A DNA stretch of 64,000 bases from the NCBI GenBank assembly GCA_965655095.1, contig OZ296659.1:76074001-76138000 (forward strand), given 5' to 3'. This document shows, in pieces, positions 25,840 to 37,078 of this stretch (positions are counted from its first letter, which is position 1; each line of letters starts with the position of its first letter). The DNA is from Haplodiscus bocki. Taxonomy: Eukaryota. Below the pieces are notes generated by a model. It ran no database searches, was not told where the DNA came from, and saw nothing but the letters and a program-made list of their open reading frames with translations. The position numbers and the translations under genes were made by a program.

Positions 25840-28800
25840 ATGCCTCTGGATTTCGATTTTAACCTAACGGTAGATGCCTTGGTAGACTCAAGAGCCTATG
25901 TCGGCGCAATTGTCCCGAATGATTTGGATGCAATAAAACAAAAAGCTCCAAATATTATTCTCGAAGTCGATAATCGTCCTAGTTTTCAAATACAAGTAGC
26001 TGGTGGTCAATTAGAGAAACCGTTGGCAACAGCCACGCCTAAATTTGAAATTGGAGATATTATAGTTGCCTAACACTTCGTCGTAATGAAGAACTTAACA
26101 GGGCCGATAATAGGGTTGCATTCAATGAGGAATAACAATGTAGTCATTGACACGACACACGGCTTCATACATTTCGCATTTCTGACGATGCAAGTTAAAC
26201 CGGCCATAAGTGAAACAACCGCAGAACCCCAGCTTGTAATCACTGACGTTGCCTTGAAGATATCATCGAGGACAACAAAATCAATCACAGCCTTCGTTGA
26301 CCATCCGTCAGAATGGAACACAACAGGGACTGTGACACCACTGGAGAAGTCTGCGGAAACAGCAAGTTTGCTGATTTCCCATTCAATGTCGACAAAAATT
26401 GACAAAAGAATAGCAGTCAGGGTAACCAATACAATGGAATCACCATATGTATTGAGAAAGATTACACAGATTGCAGAGGTCTCTTCGTAGTCACCCCGGA
26501 GCAATCCAAGCACATTAAACCAGTAGGTATGGGAATCCTCAGAAGGAGACCGCAAGGTGATCCTGACCTGACTGTCTACTTAAACGAACTTCTCCAAACA
26601 AATGAACCCGAGCAACAAAACAACACTTCCCGGTTCCCAATACTTGAAAATCCTGGAAAATCTGAGGATCATACGCCAACACAGACACGAATCCTCAAGG
26701 AATTGAATGAACTCAAGGATAAGGAAAAACGCAATCCACAAGAGAGCACACAATCCTGTAAAAAATTCCTCATATGATTTTCGTGGTCTAACACCCATCT
26801 AAAGCAAACAGAGAAGCATGCAACTGAACATATCCGGGTTGACTATTTCGGCACTTTCGCCAGACACAGAGTGGATACGGGATGAACACAGAATTCAAAT
26901 TGAAACTAACTCCGAAAGACCACAAAGCTGTATACAACCAGAATCTATCAATGCCAATCCACCCGAAAGAAGACCGAGTTGTTGAATTAACCCTGATGCA
27001 CGAAAATGGAATCGCTATGGTACTGCATTTCTCCAAGTACGCAAGTCCCATGTTTGCACAGAGGAAGCCCGACGTAAAAATACGTCTCCTTGTGGACCTC
27101 AGGAAAATCCAAAGCCTGATTGCGGATGTCTAAACTTTTAACTATCACCCAGTTAGCATCTTGTCAGACGCACCGCAGAGCTTGGCAGGGAAGTCACTAT
27201 TTTGCAAACTGGACTGCTCTCGGGCTTATCACTGTTTGCAGATGGCGGACCAACGGTCAGTGGAAATGCTTGAATTCAATTTCGCTAGCAGAACATTTGC
27301 CTACAAAAGATTTGCACAAAGACGTAGCAGATCTGTGACTGCACTTTCAAGTTTCATGCGTGAGAACTTGGACCCAGTTGTCAAAGCTGACCAATATGCT
27401 CAATACGTGGACGACGTTGGAATCTCAGCCAATAATGCTATGGACCGAACACGGAACATCTGGGCAGTCTTCAAGTGCTTTCGCCAAACAGAATTGAAAC
27501 TGAAATTTGAGAAATGCCACATCGGAGTCAGACAAGTTGAATTCCTAGGAAGAACATTTTCACCAGAAGGAATCTCACGACAAGCCCGGAAAAGTAAAGA
27601 AAACTACAAAAACTTAGATTCCCCATGCCGAAAAAAGCGTTACAGCGATAACTGGGATTTGTAAACTATTACAGTAATTATATTTCCAGGAAGGCTTAAA
27701 AGTTTAATCCATTCTACAAATTGCTTAAAACGGAAGTGCCAATCAACATTACGTCAGAATTGCAGGACACATTTGATTCAGTCAAAAAAACTCTCAGTGA
27801 CGCCTGCGAATTAGCACTGAAACAACCCATTCCAGGAAAACAGCTCGTTTTAATGACGGATGCCAGCTTCAGAAGTGCTGGATATGCCCTCATGACTGAA
27901 GACATTCCTGATCAAAAGATACAGTCAAAGCGGAAAACGTGCACCCCTGTGGCGTTTGGCTCAAAAAAATTCTGCCCCGCGCAAGTCAAAATGTGTATCT
28001 ACTCAAAAGCATTTTTGGCATTTTACATGGCTCATGTTGAGTTTTCACACTTTCTCTCGGAAGCAACAGAGCCAAAAATTGTCGTCACAGACAACAAATC
28101 CATTACACGTTTTTTTCCAAACGAAGGCAATTCCACCAACACTGTGGAATGCAAGTGATTATATGTTGCAATTTAACTTCAAAATAGCACACATTGCTGA
28201 TTCAGTCAACACTGCGGCTAATTTTTTCTCCAAACGGGAACTCAAAGTTAGGGAGAAGATGTGTCTCGAGATCCGGGAAGATATTCAAATAACACCTATC
28301 GAAGTGACCACATCTTCTTCGGATGTCGCTGTCGAAGAAAATTTATTGTTCACACAAGCAGACAACAAGGATGAGTCAGAAGAACAAACTCTTGAACGGA
28401 AAGAACAATCCCGACAAAATGCGAAGCAATAGGTAGCAAACGAGGAACCATCCTCTTTGAAAACAAGTGTGAAAGAATATACAAAGATCGACGGAAACAC
28501 TACGTCGTATTCCATGAATGGAATCAAGGCAAATGAACGAATACGGGTAGAGAAAGATGTCAATCTTATTTTGAAGAACATGAAACTGAAAAATATAGGC
28601 CAACCACATGACGAAGTGTTAATAACGACAGACTCACGTTACAAACATTACAAGGCAAATGAAGACCGCATAATTCTTAAAGATGGCCGACTGTTCAAGA
28701 ATTTTTTTGGAGAGACGGGTAGCGCCAAATACAAGCAAATTCTTATCCCGAAGCAATTATTTCAAGGAACACTCCGTTGTTTGCATGGAGAATCTGAACA

Positions 28801-30000
28801 ACACCCAGGAATTGCCAAAACAATAATTGTTTTCAGGGAATAAACATTAATTCCCAAAAATGGCGCAATTAACCAGGGAGTGGGTCATGTCACGTGAGCA
28901 ATGTATCAGAGAATCACGAATTGACCGTAGCTTCAGTCGCCATCCCCTGCAAAACCCCAATGAGCACATTACTGCGCCAGAAGACGCCATGCAAATTGTT
29001 TTGCTGCCAGAATTACCTCCATCCGGTGGCTTTAAAATTTTGTGACAGCCATGAACGCTTTTTCCTGCTATTTGTTTTGCATACCCGACATCTAATCAGG
29101 ACGCCAAAACAATTGTCCAAGTTATAATTAACATCATGACTAAGCACACCTACTTACGAACGACCCTAGTTTCAGATAAAGGCTCAGCCTGGATGTCTCA
29201 CGTAATTAAAGTGTTGGCCGGCGTCCTTGGAATTACTCTAAAGCACGCCACTGCAAAGCACGCTCAAAGAACTGGGCTGCTACAACAATCTCAGGCGTCA
29301 ATCAAACAAGCACTGAAGATTGGAACAGGCAAGCAAAAATGATTGTGGCATAATTACGTCAGTATTGCGGTACTTAACTATAACACTTCTTATCACACAA
29401 CTATTGGCTATGGGCCAAGTTTTTTTTGGCCGTATTCCTAAAAATATCATGGATTTAAAATTGGGGATTCGCCCAGAACAAGCAACCATTCCCACTTCGC
29501 AAATTGCCCAAGGTGTTCTTGATCAAACACAGATGATCTACCAAGAAGTTCGCCGAAATACTATGCAAGCTTACATCAAATACGAAGCTTATTGCGACAA
29601 AAAGGCAGAAGCTTCACAGCTCAAAGAAGCAGAGTACGTATATGTCTTACAACCGAGAGCATATCATCAAGGGATCAAGATTCTTTTCACGGAATTTCGG
29701 TGGATTGGCCCCTGCATTTATGAAAAGGTGTTACCTAATAACAATTATCTGGTACGCAAAATTGACACCAACAGGACGCAAATGCTTCAACGCATACGAA
29801 TGCGTCAGTTCACAGCCCACCAACCCCCACCTGACATACGAATCACGCCACAAAAATGGAAACCAGATCCTGAAGTGAGCCTCAAACACGACGAGTTGTA
29901 TGCCAGAGTGTGGGAGTGTGAATACGAAAAGCCAATAATTTACGCCAAAAATGATAAGGCAATGCCACCCAATTCATCCCAAAATTCCAAGAAAGCCTGA
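25840..30000 (+). pseudogene. pol: Gypsy pol (PR, dUTPase-like spacer, RT, RNase H, integrase), fragmented
   Basis: PR ALVDSRA; RT KLDCSRAYHCLQM and QYVDDVGI; RNase H LMTDASFRSAGYAL and VTDNKSI; INT zinc-binding region LHGESEQHPGI and core VSDKGSA; WIGP (GPY/F-like) module. Confidence 0.9.
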
Positions 30001-30401
30001 TTTATCAACCAACGAAACGTGAAACACACCAGGAGCCGCCGAGGAGTGTTCTCCAGAAGTTTTTTTTTAAAAGGAGGAATTATGTGACGTAACAGTGCGT
30101 TTCCCCACATGGAACCTGATGTGGAAACAAACTCGGAGAAACTGAGCAATAGTCCAACCAACCCCCGAAGTTCAAATTACAATATAATTCATAACCCGAA
30201 ACGTAATTGCAACATCAACTCTTTTGCTGCACTAGTTTGATCCACGGAACGCATACGTAGACGTTCCAGAAATTCCAGGACTGCATCACGTAACAAATAC
30301 GTAGCAGTTCAAAAACTTTGTTATATTCTGAGCTGGCTCATCCCTAACAACCAACTAACTTGCTACTCAGTTTTGACTGCTTTAAAACACGGCCACTAAT
30401 A

Positions 30402-33320
30402 TTAATTCGGCCATATTTTGTCTACAAGGGCCGGATTCATTTCATCCATTATTTCTCTTTTTCTTACTTTTTTGGACCAACATAGTGATACCAGATTCAA
30501 AAAAATGTTTCTCTGAGTGAAGTGCTGCGGACTCCTCAAGAAATCCTGCATGCAAAACAGAGCAACGCGCACTTCATCTTTGGCAATCATCACACGCTCT
30601 AGGCTGATGATGAACTTTTCACCGAAAGTTACTCGCCCGCGTACAATGAGAGCTGTTAGCTGGAAGACCTGTAAAAAACAAGACAATTCACTTACAACTC
30701 AAACGATCAAAAGGCTTCACATTATTGGTCACGGTACATTCTTTAAACAGATGCTGGCGACAACAAAAATCAACCTTCAAAGAGGAAAACGACAGGGCGT
30801 CACCTACGTCATGGCGGCTCCTCGTTGAAGACCGCTCCAGCTGTCGTTGCTCTTGGACAATGGACTGGTACTCAGCCCGACAAGCCGCAATCTCGTTGCC
30901 TTTGATCCACTTCTTTCCAAAATCCCATCCAAAAAACGACCAGATAGTTGAAGCGGCGCGTGGTTGTCCGAAATAATGATAATTGCAGGGCAAAAACAAT
31001 CCCTGTCTGATTTTGGTACAAGCGGCTACGGTGGAGAGCACAGAATTTGTGAATTCCTCCAGAAGTCTACGGGTTTCCCGTCGGAACTCTCTCTTCAAAA
31101 ACTAACTCGCAATCTTATTGAGAGCTTCCAACAACCGCGTCCCAGACAAAAATTCTTCAACGGAAATTGGAGGAAATTTAGACTGATTTGCCTGCAAATA
31201 CTGTTCACATAGCTCCACAAGATGCAACGAAGATCCTAGCCTAATCTTCTGGAGAAGGCTGTAGGTGAAGCGAGCCAACTCACCAAAGGAGTGGTATCCA
31301 TAATCGTTTGCTGTTTGAGGTTGAATAAAATTATTGGCAACTGAAACAGAACACATGTCACAGACATTGGGAAAGCCACTATCACCCACAATTTGCCATG
31401 ACGCGTGAAAGTTCAACCGAAAGTGAAATATGAAACCATTGTGGAACAATACTAGTGCGTTCCTGGAAACTTTCAAGGAACTGATCCGGAACCACTACGT
31501 ATCAACAAGTATCATACTGAGAATGTGATAATGACATTTACAGATTTCCAGAAGAAGATGAAACAGTCTGAATTTCATGCGAGCAAGCTGATTGTGGTAT
31601 AGATACCCGTCCATCCCCTTCTTCTAAACACCAAAACAGTAATGAGTACATTCAAATGACACAAAAAAAATGCCCACAATGGAAAACCTTACCCCAAGAC
31701 TAAATCCATCATCGTTGCTGCCAGTCTTTCTCTGCTATGATACCACTAATGGCCAGACCCCAACAATGCTCGCCACCGAATCGACTAGGCTTGGCATGGA
31801 GAGGTCGTTTGTAAGGATGGCCTTTCGCAACGCGGGACGAGACGCCATCCATTCCCAAGTCTCTGCGCCCTTCAAGAAGTTCGCCATAAAATCCGTCATT
31901 GAGAACGGGTCAAGGCTCCCAATCACAGACGCAGCACCCCACTGGAGGCAACGCTTCATCAATCGGAGATCAAATGCGGAGTACTCCACGATCTTGGCAC
32001 GGTACCCACTTCCGAAAGAGATTGGAGAAGCTTCTGCCAGAACATGCGGACCTCCATGAACAGACATAAAAGATGCATCTGGAACAACGGCGTCCAGAAT
32101 ATTCTGCAGAACCGTAGCCTCCAGTGTAGTATTGGTGCTGAGTCGACTCAACACCGCAACGCAAGCACCGCGAAATGTGGATCTCTCCCACGTCCGCACC
32201 ATCACTCAAACCTCTGAGCCGCGCTCTTCAATTTTGAGGCTGCACTGTCCATGCGCCTTCACTCATCCGAACAAGGAAATTACCAACCAACGCTTCATTG
32301 CGAGACCATGTCACGTCAACGTTGATAACGCTGACAGTCAAGGTGAATTGTGACCACAGTTGGTAAACCGAATCGTAGGGGCCCCCAATCGCAACACATC
32401 AATGAGCGGCCACACCTTAGCAAGGACTGGCAACGTGGCATACGGGGCTCCAGAATCGTCAACAATCAAATCTTCAGCAAAAGGATACTCTCGGTCCCGA
32501 ATGACCAAAAGACCTCGAAGAATGCGCGTTCTCTGACACCCTCAAAGTCCAGTACTCGCCAACCAGGTGTCGCTGGTCACGGGCAAAATGCTTGACATCT
32601 TGAAAGTGCCTCAGGGCTTCATGTGCGTCGTGTGTCAACACCGACTCATCTTTGCGGCAGATGCGACAAAAAAGTGGCTAGGTTAGCCAACCGCATCAGA
32701 TGCTCTAGTGACGAAGAACCAACCAACTTCATCTGCTCCACACACCTTCTTAATTTTATACGTGCGCTTTGACCGCAGACAATGAAGGGGATTATTGGCA
32801 TCTGATTCGTCTGCGCTGGTGTCACTCGTGTCCAAAACATGTGGACCAGAAGGTGCAACACCCCGTCCCAAATGTTGAAGAACAGCATCTAATTCTGTGA
32901 AAAGGAAAAATACAGTGAAGAGAGGAAAGCTACGAAAGCTATGGATAACGTAGTAAATTACTTACTACCCATGAGCGGATCCAAAACTTGTGCTCTCTCT
33001 TGAGCACAAATTGAGCGGTACAACGTCACCAACTGATGTCCGGTGGCATTGATTGGAGCAATTGCAGGTTCAACGGAAAAATAGTCGAGACAATTCAACG
33101 AAATGATTAACCCGCTTGGAACCAAACTTAAAAAATCCTGATTTGAACTCAGCATTACCATCATCAGAGGCCTGCTCCAACAATTCTCTGCTCCGCTCGT
33201 GGCTTCCCAATTCAACTGGGCCTGGCTGCTGACCCGATAGAGCAACAAAACGAAGTGTAATGACAGCGTGTTTGTGTCTTCTCTTGTGCCTCTTTTCTGC
33301 TTCTGTTGACATATCGCCAT
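30402..33320 (-). pseudogene. Decayed, intron-containing antisense accessory gene inside the Gypsy element; has a Cys2His2-type zinc finger and resembles hAT-transposase-derived proteins
   Basis: Chain of minus-strand frames: 33320-32958, 32871-32683, 32205-31735, 31476-31102, 31098-30688, 30686-30402. A GTAAGT...TTTTCACAG intron (32965-32895) joins the first two in frame. CRICRKD..SVLTH..HEALRHFQDVKH can be read across frameshifts at ~32670-32590. Confidence 0.65.
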
Positions 33321-33457
33321 TTACGGAGAAACATTGAACATCATCAGTTGAACCTGGAAAAGAGCAAAAGAAAACAAATGGTCCCTAATTTGCCAACACA
33401 AAGCGCAACGATGCTACAAACCTGACGGGATTTCCACGGGAGCACAGCCAGGACACT

Positions 33458-33729
33458 AATTGAAGGCAGGGTCACTAAAAAACTTTCCAAAGAATTCAGC
33501 CGGACGGAGTCTTGTGTTTTGAGTGCTTTGTCTGAGCTTGATGAATTTTTTCTGAACCCATAAGTTTGGACTTGTTCCGTAGCTGTTCCGTGAACATTTA
33601 GGAATAGCGGCTCAGAAAACCGGGAACCCACTGGGGATGGTTCCCTAGGCGATCCATGTCCCGAAGCGGTGTTCTCTGCCTAGCACTATATTGATCTAAA
33701 TGATTCTGAGCAGGAAGGGACTCATCACA
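33458..33729 (+). repeat. 3' LTR (5'-truncated)
   Basis: Matches 23903-24174 and ends ctcatcaca. Confidence 0.9.
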
Positions 33730-34299
33730 AATACAGCCAACTTTTTCAAAGTGGATTATCTCATCACGAGGTCTCTCTTCTACAAAGTGAGCGTAGTAGT
33801 CCGTAGTCGGCAGTATTACGTTATTTACCCAGCAGTCCGTTTTGAAACGTTAGAATTTTAGCCAATATCTCCATTTTTGGGTTTGTGCCCTCTATTTTTG
33901 CCCAGTGAGTATTTCTGTTTGTAGTATCTGCCACTGTCATTTGGATTGGTATGACTTTGATCAGTTTTTTATCACGCTTTTGAGTTATTTTTCGGAAAAA
34001 CTCTGAAAAGTTACAACTGTGAAGTCAAAGTCTTCCAAGTTTGCTTGTTTAATTTCAGAGGATACCTCAATGAATAGCCCCGTTAAAGTTATGAAAGTTA
34101 TTCAGATGTCTTCAAAAAAATGAATGATCAAAAAGTTACAATATACCGAAGCGAAATTCGAAGAACTCCAACAAAAAGCAAAATCTTACATCATCGCAGA
34201 GCACTTCCAGCTGGATCATGTAAATAAATGTTCATCGTCTTTGCTAGTTTTTTTATGGGGTGTTTTAGGGACAATCATAATGGAGATTTTTTCGGAATT

Positions 34300-34597
34300 T
34301 AACTCTTCGACTGTACAATTTTGACGTGGATTAAACGAGTCCCTAGGTAACACAATCTATTTGAGCCTAGTTTAAAACTGCCTCCGTGGTTCATGCAAAA
34401 CTCGGCATTTCACGCCCTCAAGTCAGGGTACAATTTTTCTCTGGCTGTTTCAAGCTTGGGGGGAAAAATCGCATTCACTAGACCATCTTTAACAAAACGT
34501 GGTCCGTATTGGTTGTCAGATGAGTTGGCCAGCAACGTACTTTGTCGAGAACTGGTAGCTCCATTGTTTCCTACGGCGTACAGCTTGTTTTGATCAG
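34300..34597 (-). pseudogene. Possible decayed exon encoding an F-type lectin/F5-8-like domain
   Basis: Acceptor ttctag, then ...GATSSRQSTLLANSSDNQYGPRFVKDG...ETAREKLYPDLRA*...SNRLCYLGTRLIHVKIV. This loosely follows the fucolectin pattern QSS...A.DG...T..E..PW...NR..C..RL; one in-frame stop. Confidence 0.3.
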
Positions 34598-37002
34598 CTA
34601 GAATGCACAAAATTTTTCAACCTGTCTCAGAAAGTGCAATGGGCGTAGTTGCAAGCTTGAGTTCTGCTTTTACCGACTATTGAGAAACCTCACTGGAAGT
34701 GAATTAGTTCTCTTGATGATTCATTTTTTGTTCCTGGCTGTGACTTTGTTCCATGGAACAAGTAGAAGTATCATGCGCTTGTGTGCTGCTTTCGACTCCA
34801 TTGACTTTTAATTGGAAGAAATTGTTTTGGCTATATTTTTTGAATTAGTTTATGTTCCAGTGAGGTATATTCGCAAACAGTGTAAAAGTTTGGAAATATT
34901 TGGTAGGTTGAAATTTTGCAATGTGGTTTATATCAGAGTTACGTTCTCGTTAGTAGCGAGAAACAAAAAACTCTGTTTGAATTTAGTAGCGCAAGGGTGT
35001 TGCGGCCTGATTGTCGATGCAATTTAGTCACTTGATGCCTTCAGTGCCTCTGCTTGGACCTCACTTTAACACCTATACTTACTTCATCAACTAGCACCAA
35101 ATTTTCAAGCATTTATCGTGTTTGTAACCTAATGCTTTGATGTACAATATAACTAAATGGTACAACCGCTCGGATGCTGTTTTGATGACTTGACTAATCG
35201 CATCATTTAATGGCTTTTTAATTTTAAGATGTAGCTGGCGTTAGTTGAGAACTGTTTACTTGCCTAGGGTGAGCTTATGTCCAGCTCTTTCTAATTGAAC
35301 ACTTTTCTTAAGCACCGGGTGAAGAAACACTTTGGAATAATGATGAGGTTAGGTTTAGCGTACTTCAAAGTGTTCCCGCGCTTTCACAATTGAAATAGAG
35401 TAGATTGAAGTCTGGTAGAGCTCATTTTCAAATAAATATTCTGATGCTGCTTGCACTGGTTGTTCTAGATTGAGGTGGTGAGGTGCGTTAGGGCTGAATT
35501 TAAATAAATAAATCGGTGCTGTACTGGTTAGCTGCACTAAATTGAGGTATGTTATACCTCACTTCCAAATGATCTTCAGAATGATGAATTGTGCTGCGTA
35601 TACATGACTTTCCTTGGATAAGGTGTGTGTAGCATTTTTTCCACTTTCATAGATTTTACATAATCGTGTTCATAATTGGGAAAAGAAGTAATAATACATA
35701 GTGGCGTTCATATCGCTTCGATATATTGCTTCATATGTTAGTATGTATTAAGTGATACTAAATAGATGTAAGGGCTTCATAATAGGACATAAACTAAGTG
35801 CATAGTATAATTACATAGAGTTAATGTTTTCTTCATGCGAGCATGAAAAAAAGTGTACCTAATCGAATGCAATCTTTATTTTAGTATAAGACGTGAAATG
35901 GAGAAAATTGTCGAACTGGTTAAAACTTTTCGTTCAAATACGATATCAAGTGAAGCGCTGAGTTCAAGGGGGCGGTTGCAGCTTCAATTCTCTGTCAACT
36001 GCAGTTCCTAAGAAAGGAGTTTTCTACAATTTTTTTCTTCGCTAGCTTAGAAGGAGTAGTGGCGTCACAAAAACGCCTTGATGGAGAGAAGACCAAACAA
36101 GTAACGGGCAATGCATGTTTGACCAATGCGAACTTCAGTGAATCACGGATGGCATTGTCGCACCGTTGCTGGACCACGTGGTTGCAAATACCAATGATGG
36201 GCCAAAAAGAGCGGACCAGCATTACACGTTTCTTTATACAATTATATATAACCCACATGCAAAGTGATTTCTTTTTATGGTCCACCTCGTATGTACCATC
36301 GTTTGCGCCATAGGGAAACAAGTTTCATAATGGCTGACTGTATTTTCTAGCGCAAAGCAGACCTGCTGATAAGGTGCCCTTTCTGCAGTATCAGGCGAAA
36401 ATTTCGTTTATTCACAATCTCCGTTTTAGTACATTTTCAGAGAAAGGTGGAGCTGCAGACTTCATAATAGATTGCGTCCTTCCAACTGACTGAAAACCCT
36501 AATTACTATGGCCTCAAATGAATGAATCAAAAGTTGGATTCGAGAATAGGTTAACAATGAAAATGGGGGGGGGGGACTGACAATTACCCTATACCACTGG
36601 AAAAAACGGGTCAAAAAATGTAAAATGCACTTACGATCAGGTTGAGTCAATATACAGACAATGTTAAATGAGAAATGGATTGTTTTAAATGGATTGGTTT
36701 TTCTTCCGAAATGGTCTTGGGGCATGATACGCAATCGAAAAAATGAGGAAAAAAGAAAAAAAAGGGAAAAAAGGAGGAAAAAGTCGGTTAAGTGGTTTTC
36801 TGAAGAGAAAGCAGGAAGCAATTAGTGTATTGGTCATCATAAAACCTTTTCTAATTATTGCCATGCCAAATCAAGAGGGAGGGGGGTTTGATTCCTGCAA
36901 GTGCAATATCATCACATCCTTGCTTCTCCACTTAAACAGACAATGCCAAGTGGAAATGGTTCTAATATCTATTTTCATCAACCAAAAATGATTTTTTCAA
37001 TC

Positions 37003-37005
<3 letters not shown>

Positions 37006-37065
<60 letters not shown>

Positions 37066-37078
37066 CTCCCTCTCTTTC
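37006..37078. repeat. (CT)n microsatellite
   Basis: More than 25 consecutive CT units, then degenerate. Confidence 0.98.

Larger units (their letters stand above)
23440..33729 (+). mobile_element. Decayed Ty3/Gypsy LTR retrotransposon (~10.3 kb) with an extended 3' region carrying an antisense gene
   Basis: 272-bp direct repeats at 23903-24174 and 33458-33729 (about 90% identical by eye), both ending in CA. gag with Cys/His knuckles, then PR, RT (YVDD), RNase H and INT in Gypsy order. The 5' boundary at ~23440 is inferred (tttgacggg as a decayed tgtga start; flanks aatt/aata). Confidence 0.88.
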
